A DNA stretch of 64,000 nucleotides from Octopus sinensis. Its lineage: Eukaryota. Made by a program: the position numbers and the translations under genes. Below the pieces are notes generated by a model. The model saw nothing but the letters and a program-made list of their open reading frames with translations. It made no database searches and was not told the DNA's origin. This document shows positions 27,046 to 40,921 of this stretch, piece after piece. The stretch covers positions 78,058,001 to 78,122,000 of the forward strand of contig NC_042999.1 in NCBI RefSeq assembly GCF_006345805.1, read 5' to 3'. Every line of letters begins with the position of its first letter. Within the stretch, counting starts at the first letter, position 1.

Positions 27046-29127
27046 GTCATGAAAATCCAACATACTCTTATCCTAACTGAATTCTGAACTGTGCAGCTAA
27101 GACTATATGAACTATAACTTGTACACCTTACAAGTCTAACCAAGATTATATGCTAATCATATGACCCCGCCCATCACCAATACTGCACTGATTGCTTTTC
27201 CCTCTTGAATGTGACCTGACTATTACTTTTGAACCGGTATCTGTACCACAATTGTTATTATCTCTAACTATCCATACGTTTAAAACCTGACAATAAGATA
27301 ATACTACTCATATATATGCAACTATAAATTTAACATTAATAGCAAGAACTACATATTGCAACCTTTGGACTGGATGCTTCCTTACTGAACAGTTTCTTAG
27401 ATCCCATACCTCTGCCTTTTATCATACAGAGCAGATTTTTCTGCAACCATTCATGACCTCACTTTGTTACAACTTGCTCAGTTACCCCTCTATAGCACTT
27501 TCCAGATCACAAGTTATATAGCGGAACCTCTACCATGGGGATGTAAATTACATTCATTTTCTTATATAAACATACTTAGTAAGATGATAACTTCAACTCC
27601 TTAGCCAATCTGCAAACTGAAGTCATGTGACATTAAACTGGCCTATAAGAGACCTAATTACCCTTCCAACATTACATTATTTTATTTGTAAAATAGATAA
27701 TAGTTAATATAGATCCTAGCATGGTTTTCAAAGCTTAATTCTTTAATAGCTGCCTTCTAAAGACACAAACTTCTACATCTCCCAATAACTTCTTTATAAC
27801 TCTTCTTCGCAATGTCAATAATTAAAAGAAATTCCAGCAAGAGTTTAACCCTTTTATGACCTTATTTATAATAGGGTTCATTGTGCATGAAGGATTTAAC
27901 ACAATAACTTCAATATTAAGCAGGTATTTGGAACATAACAAAAATGGTCTCATCAAATTATAAAAGGCTTAAGCTTAAATACAAAGTACTTCAAAATAGC
28001 CACTCTGTTAGTACATAACTAGGGTGGTCTCAAGCAGGTTGGTATCAAAACAGTTAATACTGGTCTATTTCTTCACAACTATAGCTATCTATCACTTAGC
28101 CAGTTACATTATTACCATATTCCAATAATTAGCTGATTATGTAACTTCTTTAATGTTAAATGACAGGACTTCATGACCAAAAATTTAAAATTAAGTTAGT
28201 ATAACATTAAAATATGTCATTCTGCCACAAGTTAAATTAATTACAGTATAAGTTATTACTACCTACTTTTTCTCATTCTTGGTCTCAAATTACCAACTTC
28301 TATAGCAACACTTCACATTTTTGCAATAGATACATGAAAGATAAGCATAATTACAAGTAGGATTTCTTAGTAACTTTATATACTTCTGTCTGATCCCTTT
28401 TATTAATTAGTATACATCTGACACCTAATATTTTAATACCAGCTAAAATAAAATAACACTCTGCAGAAAACCTAATAACTTTCTTCAGTATCTTTTCTTT
28501 AAATATGCAACCTTTACTCAGACAGAATCCAAACAGTTATGTCTAAATCCTGCTCAGAAAGAAAATATAAAATCTAACACAGATCAAAACTGACTGGTCT
28601 TCAATTACTAGACTGAATGAGAACTCAAGTGACCTTTTTCATACACCAGTTACCTGTTTACACCTCATAAGTGACCCCGATCTCTTATCTCTTATACAAT
28701 AGTAAAAAAAATTGAAATCTAGACCTTTTTGAACATGTACTGGTAAAATTTCCCACCATTTTTTAATCATGTGTGTTGCCTTTAAAGATTATTCACCCTC
28801 ATTCCCAAAGTAATAATTTTTAATATTTAATCACCTTTTTCTTTCATGTTCTTAATTGATAACTCAATCTGAACTACTACTGCTACCAAGACTAAATTCA
28901 AGCTTGATCTTTATTTTATTAAAGATTTTTCAAAGTTTCTTATTATTCCTTTATGTTTAATTTAAAACACCAGCATCCATATATCCATTAACATTTCAGA
29001 GCTTTCTCAGAACTATTCTCAAAATAAAATGGAGTGGAATAGCATGTTTATGCAAGCTTTATGTTCAGTTGCAAAAGATCATAAGTGCACCAGTAATTTC
29101 TCATTTTACACTGCATTTATAAAATTA

Positions 29128-29511
29128 CTAGCAGTATCGCCCGGCGTTGCTCAGGTTTGTAAGGGAAATAACTATAAAGCATTTTTAGAGAGTTATAGCC
29201 AAAAAATAGCAAAAAGATGGAAAAAAATGATGGTAAATTTTTTTTGAGAGTAAAAAAAGGTGGAGTTGCGTCCCCTAGACAGTTTGCGGTTTGTGTTTCT
29301 AATTCTCGACCCCATGTCGAATTTATCGATTTTTTTCAGAACTGGGGGAACTTTTCAAAATTTTCGCTGCGTTAGTTTTGAATTATGACATTGGGCTATG
29401 TGTGTATCAAGTTTCATCAGAATCGGTTGAAAGCCGTGGTCAGGGTGAGGGTACAAGAAAACAGACACACAGAAACACGCACAGACAAACTGCCGTTTAT
29501 ATAGAGAGAGA
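29128..29511 (-). mobile_element. Non-autonomous Helitron, copy 1
   Basis: On the minus strand A|TC...CTAG|T, with an imperfect GC hairpin about 10 nt before CTAG. Near-identical to 32129-32503. Confidence 0.85.
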
Positions 29512-30902
29512 TAACAGATGCAGTGCCCAACAAAAATACCCATACAATACATGTATATTGCAAGTACCAAATGCACCCTGACTACAGAATGGATTAACAT
29601 CATTAAAAAACTTAAAACAGAACATAACATATATCACACCTAACCATACACTCACTGTTAAAATATATTACAAAAATACCAGAATCAAAACCCTTCTGAA
29701 TAACACAAAGCCACAAGCTAACAAAACATAACATACTTCAAACTACCAATGTAGAATATAAATTCCCAAGGAAACATGAAAGTTGCAAACTTCATGAATA
29801 ATACTGCTACATTGTTCATACAAGTATAATACTCTCCTATCATTTGACCATGAATTCACAGCAACTACCGCAATACACTATAGTACAAGCTATAGAAATA
29901 AAAAGAACAATAGTTGACAACATTACAATTATATATAATATTCCACACAAAAAATTAGTGTCTATGGTGGTTATGTTAATAGCAAAATATAAACCAAAAC
30001 TCAATACTCAAATACAATATATAAATAATTAACTATGAAAACTACTAAACTTAGCTGTTAAATAACTTTTTAAATCAAATATTGCGAAAAAGGAAAAAAA
30101 CTTTCCCCAGTATTCTTTGCAAACCCACTGCAAAGCACGAAATCATTTTAACATCATTTCATTCTGAGAATGGAACTAGAAATATTAATGGACTAATGAA
30201 TTTATGAAAGTTAATACATCAAACTGAATGTAAAGAACTAAAAGAATATGAAACACACTATATAAAATTATCGAACTCAGAAATAGTTACATCTTTAATA
30301 CAGCATACAGACATGCATATAAGTGCACAATTATATTACACACACAATCAATTCTACAATATTTTCCATCTCTCCTGTCCATTATATAACCACATGTGCA
30401 TGTAGTCCTATATACAAAGGTATAGAAGCCATTTGCACAGGTATTGCCTTTGATATTTGTGTATATAGGACTGTGCACATGTAGCCATATGAATGTGTAT
30501 GTGCATGCACGTGCACACACACACAGTAGGTATAGGTATAGTTATAAAGTCCCCTTTGCAACAACCTGCACAGTCCTGATGCATGGCACTGTGGACAGGT
30601 ATCTTCCATAGCCTCAGACCAACCAATGCCTCTTGAGTGGAACTGATAGATGAAAACTGTGAGTGAGAACAACAATTCAGTGTTTACATGAGCACTTTTC
30701 TGATTGAAGGACAGCAACACTGCATTCATTCTCCATTGGACAAATGTTTTTTTTTTTATTCTAATGCACCATGTGGTGACCATTAGAATAAAAACAAAAG
30801 TTACTTGAAAAACCAGTATTGTAATCAATATGTTGAATAAAAAAAAAAGCCCTTCAAAGTGGTGTACCAGCAAAGTTGCAGTCCAATGACTGCACCAAGT
30901 AA

Positions 30903-31058
<156 letters not shown>

Positions 31059-31504
31059 GGTCCAAATTTGCTGAGTGGCACCATGGACAAATGTCTTCTA
31101 CTATAGCCCCATGCCAACCATAGTCTTGTGAGTGGATTTGGTGGATAGAAATGGAAAGAATCCCGTTATATACATACATCCACAGAGAATGGGGGCCTTA
31201 TGCATGTGTATGTCTGCATATTTACATTTGCACTCTATGGGAGAGAAAAAATACTCACTTCAAGAGGCAGTGCTGTTTCTTCTGCTGTCATCAATTAATC
31301 CACTCACTTCTATGACTTGTGAATTGAGACACATCTTACTTGAAAATCAGGTAAAATGGGGCAACAGGAAAGGCATCTGGCTATGAAATGCCTCAAACCC
31401 TATCCATCTAACCAATACTAGCATTAAAATTATGTCCAACCCATACCAGCATACAAAAGACATTAAAGGATGGTGATTATATATGTGTGAGTGTGTGTGT
31501 GTGT

Positions 31505-31556
<52 letters not shown>

Positions 31557-32128
31557 CATGTGCACTTCTATAAGTTCAATGCATACATAGCTGCACACAT
31601 GCACATGTATATGCATATATATCATCATCATATACATACATATAACTGTACTGAGAGAGAAAAAAAGAAGTGATGCATAGAGTTAATATAAGAGGTGCAG
31701 GATGAGTGTACATACTAGTTTTGGTGGCAGGATGTGCATAAATGAATGCTATACATACAGTGACAGAGACAGAATTGTAGACAAGACAAAGTAGGGAGGA
31801 AGAGAGAGAGAGAGAGAGGGGGGGCGTGAGAGTAATTTTGTTTTCAATTATATTTTTTACTGCTTGAGTATTGTTTTATTTAATACTAGCTTAAAAGCCA
31901 CACTGTGTGGACTTTTAAGGTAGCTCCTAGGGAGGGCTGCTTGGGCCTGTGGCCCAAAATTAAACAGCTAAATAGCATGACTATAATGCGTCTATAATGA
32001 TTATATGCCCTAGTGATGTTTGATTGGAGGTTAAGGACAGATGAGAATTAATTCTGTAATGCAATCATTCTATTGTTCCAGTCCTGAGGTGAATTCCAAC
32101 TGTTGGCCAATTTGTCTCAAAGTTCTTA

Positions 32129-32503
32129 TCTCTCTCTATATAAACGGCAGTTTGTCTGTGCGTGTTTCTGTGTGTCTGTTTGCTTGTACCCTCACCCTGA
32201 CCACGGCTTTCAACCGATTCTGATGAAACTTGACACACACATAGCCCAATGTCATAATTCAAAACTAACGCAGCGAAAATTTTGTAAAGTTCCCCCAGTT
32301 CTGAAAAAGATCGATAAATTCGACATGGGGTCGAGAATCAGAAACACAAACCGCAAACTGTCTAGGGGACGCAACTCCACCTTTTTTTACTCTCAAAAAA
32401 AAAAATTACCATCATTTTTTGCTATTTTTTGGCTATAACTCTCTAAAAATGCTTTATAGTTATTTCCCTTACAAACCTGAGCAACGCCGGGCGATACTGC
32501 TAG
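32129..32503 (+). mobile_element. Non-autonomous Helitron, copy 2
   Basis: ctta|TCtctct...gcaacgccgggcgatactgCTAG|tctt. A/T target, no TSD. Confidence 0.85.
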
Positions 32504-34196
32504 TCTTGATATAAAATTAACGAAGCAAATGTCATGAATCAGCCAGGCTTTATCTGCTAAAAACAGCAACCCAAATGCTTTTAAATCAGGTCCCAATGCT
32601 GGATGTTTAAGAACCAAATGAATGGCAGATTTTCAATCCTGGGATCATTCTGATTCCAAAAAGGTATATATGTACAATAAATGTAGACTGAGATACAGGG
32701 GTCCTGGATGGGCAGACAGAATTTTGCCTTTATTAATTAAGAAATATTATTTGCAAAAAAAAGGTAAAATCAGACAGAACTTATGGGATGACCTCATATA
32801 AAATATACATACAGTATGTATGTATTCATATGCCAACAAATATGCAGATACTTGTGCATGTAAATGTATATATGGGATATCATTACCATCATTCTACATA
32901 TGTTTTCCATGCTGGCACGAGTTTTCCCCCGTTTTTATTGAGCTAATTAACATATGTTGTATACCTGCTGAGTGACCTTCACCTCTTGACAGTCCTCTCA
33001 GCAGTTACTTGTTTCCATGTTTTATACTATTTATCTGTTTGAAAGTTTGTATCGTTACATCATCCTTCCACTTTCATTTTTGCCATGCATTTTCGTCCTT
33101 CTACCATCACCCTCATTCTCTTTTATCCTTCACATATCATATTGTCAATTCTAAATTTCATCATTTGTTGTGTTATATAAGTTATTTTGGCACAATTTTG
33201 TGAGACAAGTCTATAGAAATAAGGTTCCTGCTGTGTAAATTAAATTTTATTTTAAACTTGGCTTTAAAAAAAAGGTGCATATGTTAAACAAATCCTGCAA
33301 AGTCTCCTTACATGCATGTATCTATAAATGCTTACTTATATATACATGCATGCATGCTCTCTCACGCACACACATGTGAATAAAACTAATCAAAATGGAA
33401 GGGAGAAAATATATTTATTGAGTGTTTAGTGCAATGCATATAACCCCTTTCAGTTTAAACTGGGTTCATACTATTGTACACAAACTGCTTTAGTTACCTA
33501 ACCTGTAAGTACTTGACTGCAGTAGTGCAATGAAAATTTGGACACCAAGAAATGAATAAAAAAATGTAATTAACAATTATTGTCATTATAAATGACTCTT
33601 CCACAATGCAATTGCAAATATTTAAGACAGAAAGGAGAAAGGATAGTGTGAAAGAAACGAGAGGAATGTGCCTATGTGTGAGTGTGCATTTGCATGTGTG
33701 TGTGTGCTGGATTATTTACTTTATACAATTGTGTGTGTGGTTCTATTGTAATAATATGAGAATGTGTACCCATGCTACAATCAGATTTGTGTATGCATAT
33801 AATGTGATGTCATAAGTCTATGTGTGTATATTACTGTTTAGCTCTCATTCATCCCTGATCAAGTAGATTTATAATCAAAGACATTCCAACCATGATCATC
33901 CTATCTTATTTTCCAACTGTTTATTCAAAGCTACATTATACAATGTGTTGCCTATTTTTTTCTTTAGTGTGACAAGAGCAAGATTTGGCTATCATTTCTC
34001 ACCATTCAAGCAATAACAGAGATTCATTTATTGGCTTGTTTCTGTGTAACTTGCTGTCATTGATTTACACACACTCAGTATTTGGTGGGAGTGTAGTGTA
34101 GTGCATGTATTTATGTCTGTACATAAATCTATATGTGAGTGCCCTCTGTATAATGGGTTGTGCATGTATGCCTATGTGAGTCTTTGTATACACACA

Positions 34197-34229
<33 letters not shown>

Positions 34230-34423
34230 TAGATCCTATCTGCAACTACATGGAGGCTATTGTTTAACACATACAGCCAATCCTTGTCAAATTTGTTTTT
34301 TTCATACCCTTTACCTCCAACATCTTTCTCTACTCTCACCTTGAAACTGCATCCATCTCACACCAACACTCATAGCCTTCCTTCCAAACTCATGATACAC
34401 AAACAAGTAGTCAAGTTTAACTC

Positions 34424-34470
<47 letters not shown>

Positions 34471-36719
34471 TGATGAAAGTCAACTCAGAACAAATATTTT
34501 TATGTCAACTGATTCACAACTCATTAGAGACGTACTTCAGCTTAAGGTAAATAATATATTTACTAAAGAATGAGGAAGAGTAGACAGTAAAAATTCAATT
34601 CTAAATTCATAAGGATATTATTTGAAGAAGTAAAAGCATTGTATGCACAAACACACACTCTCACTCGTGTGTGCGCAAGAAGGAGATTAGTGGGGGGGGG
34701 GGGGCTTAAAAATTGGAGGAATAAGAAAATATTTTATGATATACACACTATATAAATTATGATAAAGTTCTCAGAGATAAGTCACTTAGAGCTCATCAAA
34801 GAGCTCCACAGATCCTGGATTAACTGTCATTCTCAGTTGTAAGTTCCCCAGTTAACATGTGCATGCTGAGACTCATGAGATCACACTCACCACCCAATCA
34901 ACCTTTCAACTAATTTACCAACAGGCAGCATTTCCAAATAAAAGTAGAGAAAATGAATGAGGGATCAGTTGGAGACAAAAATGTCTATCAATCCTTTCTG
35001 TCACATTCACTACACAGCCTCTTTCACCATAACCACTAAAATAAAATTACCTGCTTTTCCTGGACAAAAGAAGGCAGCTGCAATATTATCTTCATGATTT
35101 TACGTGCAAGTATTTATCAAAACTCAAGTAAATAATACTGAACAAGCATATATTGAATGGTCTTGGCACTGTACACATCATGGAGGGTCAAACTGGTGGC
35201 ACAACCATACCTGTATAATTTATGCTATACTGGTATCAATGTCAGATCAGGGATTTCTGGAAGATAACCAAATATATGCCCAAGATTCCACAGGTTTACA
35301 CTTTCACTACCATACTACTCCCAAGTACCAACTTCTTTGCTACATTAACACTTTAGCCAAATTATAACTTTGCTCTTGACACATCTCAGCTGTTACTGAG
35401 TTTTGCAGGACTTTGTTCCTTCTGTTGAGTGCCAATGTAGGCCACTGGGGTGCCATTTCCAGACCATCATTCATCCTAAATAATTGAGCAAATCCTCAAC
35501 AAAAATATACATTAGATCATGCTTTATCAATTGTATAGGGATTGGTATGATGTAAGGGAAAGTTATGACAAAGTGTATCTACATACAAGTTGACTGAGTA
35601 TGCTAATGTTACTACTTCCACTATTTTTTGTTGTTTAGCCTGAGATTGAGCAGAACTATAAGCAAAGGTACTCTAACTATATCTATCTTGCAATTTTAAT
35701 AGCATGTATAGGACTAAAGTGTTCAATGTGTCCTTTCCACTTAAGAAAATAAGGTGTGAGTTGGAGATTTTTAGGATAAGCATGGGGAGTACAAAGAGTA
35801 AAAAATCTTGTTATTTTTTAATTTACATGTAAAAACAAAATCATTATCACAATAGATGGGTTTGCAATGTTTTTATATTTCAATGGAAGAAGGGAGTGCT
35901 GAAGAATTTCTTTTGTTTTTTTTACTTAAGATTTTCTACAGTTATGAGAAAGTCTAGAAAGAAATGTTTATGGTGAAATGACAGTGTTGTTAATAAATAA
36001 AATGTATGGATACCACCATATACTACTCAACTACTAAATTTTACAACAGAACCCACAATGCAAAATAAAATCATATAAAGCATATAAATCATTATATCTC
36101 CTCAAAATACTTTGGAAATTTTTTTTTCAAATGTCCAACTTCTCAACCCCAAGGTTTGGGGTTCATTCATGGCACCTGTAACTCTGGGTTGACCAAAGCC
36201 TTGTGTTTGATAGACAGAAACTGAAAGGACTCTTCATGTGTGCGCACACATGTGTGTGCATCTTTCTTTTAATGTGTAATACTTGTAAATGAATGTTACT
36301 GTTATACAGTGTTGTTAATTTCCAATATTCTGCAACATCATATCTGCCATGGAGAAATATTAACTTAGTTGGAAACAGGTGAGACTTGGCAACAGGAAGG
36401 CCATCTTGCTGTAGAAAATCTGACTCAAACTCCATCTAGTTCATGCAAGCATAGAAAAGTCGACACTAGAATTATGATAATATACACACACCTTCATCAG
36501 GAACATAAATATTAATCTTTACACATAACGCAAATCTTATATTGATTTTTTTAAAACAAGGCTAATGAGATACATGTGTTTTAATCAGGCCAGGATCAGG
36601 TGGATTAGAATTCAATGCCAATGTAAGGTTCTGAGTTTGACATTTGATTTTATAGATATAAATGTCAGCATTTTACCTCCTATTCTATGTTAAACATATC
36701 TGTTGTACAGCATATGAGA

Positions 36720-37070
36720 AATCATTTTAGTCTTTCTCAGTTAAGTCCTTATCTTGAGATCTGACCTCATCATTTCTTCCAACACAGTCTCTAGTCATCC
36801 TCTAATGTTGGCATATGGCACTTTTTTGTTCAGTATTCATCATCTGCAGCCAATTCAATAACTCCCTTGCACACTTCAGTTGACATGTTTAGTTGGTTCC
36901 ACATCTAGCTCATTTATGCTCTGCCACTTATGCAGATTAACATTACACTGCTAATGGATCAAACTTAGGTCATTGCTCTCCAGCCTTTTTGTAGATCTTC
37001 CCATCTAATGCTTTATATCTCATTACCAAGTGGCATCATATATCTTAGCCATACTTGATATAGTCTGTTC
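36720..37070 (-). mobile_element. Decayed RTE LINE 3' coding region
   Basis: Degenerate homology to 45380-45700 (gtggcatca, catctgcagc, gacctcatcatttcttcc). Confidence 0.55.
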
Positions 37071-37259
37071 TTGCATGTAGATAGAAATTCTACCACTAAA
37101 AGGGATAATAAATTGCTAAACTTTTATTTTTTCATACTCTAGCTATATTTTCACTACAACAGCCAAATATTAATTATATCATCTAGCTAATGCAAACTAT
37201 CTAAACCATATCAATAGTTTGGAACATTTTCTGCAACTCAGAGATTTTGCTCTAAAACC

Positions 37260-37311
37260 TGGCCACTAGTGCATATAAATCATATTGGCCACTAGTGCAT
37301 ATAAATCATAT
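37260..37311. repeat. Perfect 26-bp tandem duplication
   Basis: tggccactagtgcatataaatcatat x2. Confidence 0.95.
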
Positions 37312-38459
37312 TAACAATATTATGATATAAAATTATATTATACTATGAATACAACTTAAAAATGTAAATAACTATAATGTAAACTGCATACCTACATACA
37401 CATCTTTGGATATAAGTGATATCTAACTAGACATGCAGAAATTAGCTGAGCAAAACTTTTCCAAAACTGAACTTAGCATTACCAAACTAACAAAATACTA
37501 ATTAATTTTCTTGTGCTCCAACAGTTTACATCAGCAATAATAAATAATGTTGATGGTAGATTTTTTTTTCTTAAATATAAATGTAAAATGTGTTTGGATT
37601 ACTTTTCCCAACAGACAATCTTGATTTTTATCCTCTAGTAAACTAAATCAATTATATCTAAAATTGGTTCATACATTTTACTGTTTTCAATCATATTTGT
37701 ACCTTTGTGCCTTTGTTTCCTCTTTGTGGCAGAGTTTGAACCCTGATGCAGAATACAAATAATTACAGTGAAAGAGTGAACAAAACTAATCAATGACGAA
37801 AAAGAATTTAAAAAGTGACAAAAATAATCACTTTCTGAATGCCTTAAGTAGGTGGAAACATACAGATAATTTTTGCAATAGTTACTTCAAAAGTGGAATT
37901 TTCTATTGGAAAGTGAGAGTACTATCATGATACATATAAAGTGAGTGGGATACAGGTAGCAAGTCGCTTCAAGCAAGAGTCAGTGAAATTAGTTGGAATA
38001 AGAAGAGAACAGATATATTCAAGATGTGGGTAGAGGTATTCAGTAAGTGGTTTAGCATGACACAAGTATTGGCTTAGATCCTTATGGGAATCAGAACAAT
38101 GTTTTTGCTTTGTTTTGAAAACAACCCTTTGGATACAACCATAACCTAGATTTTTGCCAAGAGGTAACTAAAAAGGTTATTGCTGCAAACAAGTGCCAAC
38201 TATCTACTGACAATGGAAGAAGGGTTAAAAGTAAACACATCATACACATGAAGAACATTCTGACATAATCCTATTGAGTGTAAGTGAATGCAGATTAGTT
38301 CAGTAAATCCCACAGGCTAGTAACCATTAACAACGATAGCAGAAATAATCCAGTGAAAGATATGGACACGAACTTCAAGAGCAGAGAAGAGATGAAATAA
38401 TTATTTCAACTGCTCTCGATCACTTCAAATTAAGAACATTATATCTATTGTCTATCTAT

Positions 38460-38844
38460 TAACATGCACACACATTATACATATATATAAATATGTAATA
38501 TACATATATATACACACACATATATACATACACATATATATATATGTACACACATATATACATACACATATATATATACATACACATATATATATATACA
38601 TACACAAATATATATACATACACATATATACATACACATATACATACACATATATATATACATACACAAATATATATACATACACATATATATACATACA
38701 CATATATATACATACACATATATATACATACACATATATATACACACATATATATACACATATATATACATATATACATACCTATATGCACATATATACA
38801 TATATATACATACCTATATGCACATATATACATATATATACATA
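38460..38844. repeat. TA/CA-rich compound microsatellite array
   Basis: Direct reading of the sequence. Confidence 0.97.
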
Positions 38845-38878
38845 CAAAATAAAATAAAAACATGATGCGAAGGATTCA

Positions 38879-38956
38879 GCGGTACATATGTTTCGGGCCT
38901 TTATTAGACAGATTTATAACAATGCATAATGTATGTCTGTGGCCTTCTTCAGCCGC
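38879..38956 (-). ncRNA. Type I hammerhead ribozyme (minus copy)
   Basis: GCGG-CUGAAGA-A-GGCC...GGCC-C-GAAA-C-AUAU-GUA-CCGC. It has one extra C before GAAA relative to the plus copy. Confidence 0.8.
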
Positions 38957-40587
38957 GCACAACAGCTTCCACAAGGACATGTGTTACATCAAAAATTCTT
39001 GGTTGGGGATGCAAATCCTCTCATTCACGTACGACATAATGCGGCAGCAGCATAGAGTTGAAGCGTCCATCTCTTTCTTCTCTCAATGTAGAATGAGGAA
39101 AATTGGATGTTGAGGTAATGTAAATAAATAAATACATATATAGAGGTGAAGATGGAGGGGCGAGAGTTCGGGACGAGGGATAAAAAATGTATAAAAAGTG
39201 TAAGTATAGAATAATATAAAAATGTAGAGGATAAAGGGTTGTAAGTAGATGTAAAGTAGATGTTTTATCCTACTTCCATTTATTTTTATTTTTATTTTTA
39301 ATTTTATTTTTAATTTTATTCTACTTCCATTTATTCTCATTTTCATTTTCATCCCTTACCTTAACTCTTATAATTTTTATAATTCTTATACTTCATTTCT
39401 AACTATTACATTGTATTTCTTATTTTATACTGTATTTTTTATTTCTAATCTTTACCCTTACCCTCATTCTTACCCCTAACTTATCGCTTTACACCTCTAT
39501 ATATGTTTATTTACTTACCTATGGATCCACCTTTTGAATATACGAGCGTCCGCGTACGTGTGTATACGCATACATACATATGCACGCGCATATATGTACA
39601 TGCATACTTCGATATCTTATAGCTATACCCATGTGCGCGTGTGTCTCTGTGTGTGTATATGAGTGTATATGTGCACGCACATACGGACACACAGCCGTGT
39701 GTGCGTGCGCGTATTGACATGAGTACGGGATTTTTACATACGTTCTTATACACATCTTTTAATATCTTATACCTGGACCTAGAGGCGTGGGCATATACGT
39801 GTGTGTATGTAGTGATGGGCGCGCGGATATACATCTGAGCGTGTACGCGCGTAATGTCCGTGTATATATGCAGATATTCTGTTGTATGTATGTGTGTGTA
39901 CGCGCGTGCGTGTGGGTGCGTGTGTGTTTATGTACGTGTTTACACGCGAGTGCGTGTGTATGCTTATAGGCTTGGAGGCGTATATGTACGCGTGTATGTG
40001 GGTGTATATATCCATGATGATATGTATGTACTAGAAGTCCATTTAATTCAAGGAACCAGATTAAATGCTCATCAGCTCTGATTTACAACGCATTAAGTCC
40101 CCAGACGAAACTGTTGATGTACTGACAATTCTACAACTAAATTTTATCAATCTCCTGACCACCATGCTTGGTCCATAACCTCTATACATCCCTTATCTTT
40201 ACATTCTTTTACACTTTTATCATGTTTTTATCAGGTTTTTTTACTTTTATTTCTATTTCTATTTTTACTTTATATTCTTTATACCCCCTTTACATCTACT
40301 TACAACCCTTTATCCTCTACATTTTTATATTATTCTATACTTACACTTTTTATACATTTTTTATCCCTCGTCCCGAACTCTCGCCCCTCCATCTTCACCT
40401 CTATATATGTATTTATTTATTTACATTACCTCAACATCCAATTTTCCTCATTCTACATTGAGAGAAGAAAGAGATGGACGCTTCAACTCTATGCTGCTGC
40501 CGCATTATGTCGTACGTGAATGAGAGGATTTGCATCCCCAACCAAGAATTTTTGATGTAACACATGTCCTTGTGGAAGCTGTTGTGC

Positions 40588-40664
40588 GCGGCTGAAGAAG
40601 GCCACAGACATACATTATGCATTGTTATAAATCTGTCTAATAAAGGCCGAAACATATGTACCGC
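40588..40664 (+). ncRNA. Type I hammerhead ribozyme (plus copy)
   Basis: Stem I GCGG (40588-91) with CCGC (40661-64). CUGAAGA at 40592-98, extra A40599. Stem II GGCC (40600-03) with GGCC (40645-48), extended by acaga/tctgt. GAAA at 40649-52. Palindromic ACAUAUGU stem III. Triplet GUA, predicted cut after 40660. Confidence 0.88.
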
Positions 40665-40775
40665 TGAATCCTTCGCATCATGTTTTTATTTTATTTTGAT
40701 CAATTTACTCCACCACCTACACCACAAACGGTATACACAGGTGCTTATAATTATCAAGTACTCACCCCGAATTTC

Positions 40776-40802
40776 TATATATACATACATACCTATATGC
40801 AC

Positions 40803-40855
<53 letters not shown>

Positions 40856-40864
40856 CATACGCAC

Positions 40865-40921
<57 letters not shown>

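Larger units (their letters stand above)
38845..40775. mobile_element. Penelope-like insertion with 411/412-bp inverted terminal arms, each carrying a hammerhead
   Basis: Arms 38845-39256 and 40288-40698 are reverse complements; I saw one indel in the portions compared. A 32-nt direct repeat flanks the insertion (38809-38840 and 40788-40819). Confidence 0.75.

Noticed and set aside
35150-35480. Faint resemblance to a Gypsy integrase core (IF..PEI..SD..QY) on the minus strand
   Set aside because: It needs several frameshifts and is not distinguishable from chance without an HMM search.
40040-40075. Minus-strand CUGAUGA followed by an 8-bp hairpin (catttaat/attaaatg), like half of a third hammerhead. 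The plus frame LEVHLIQGTRLNAHQL loosely resembles a GIY-YIG C-terminus.
   Set aside because: No GAAA, stem III or stem I partner follows on the minus strand, and the peptide resemblance is too short. At most it is a truncated relic.
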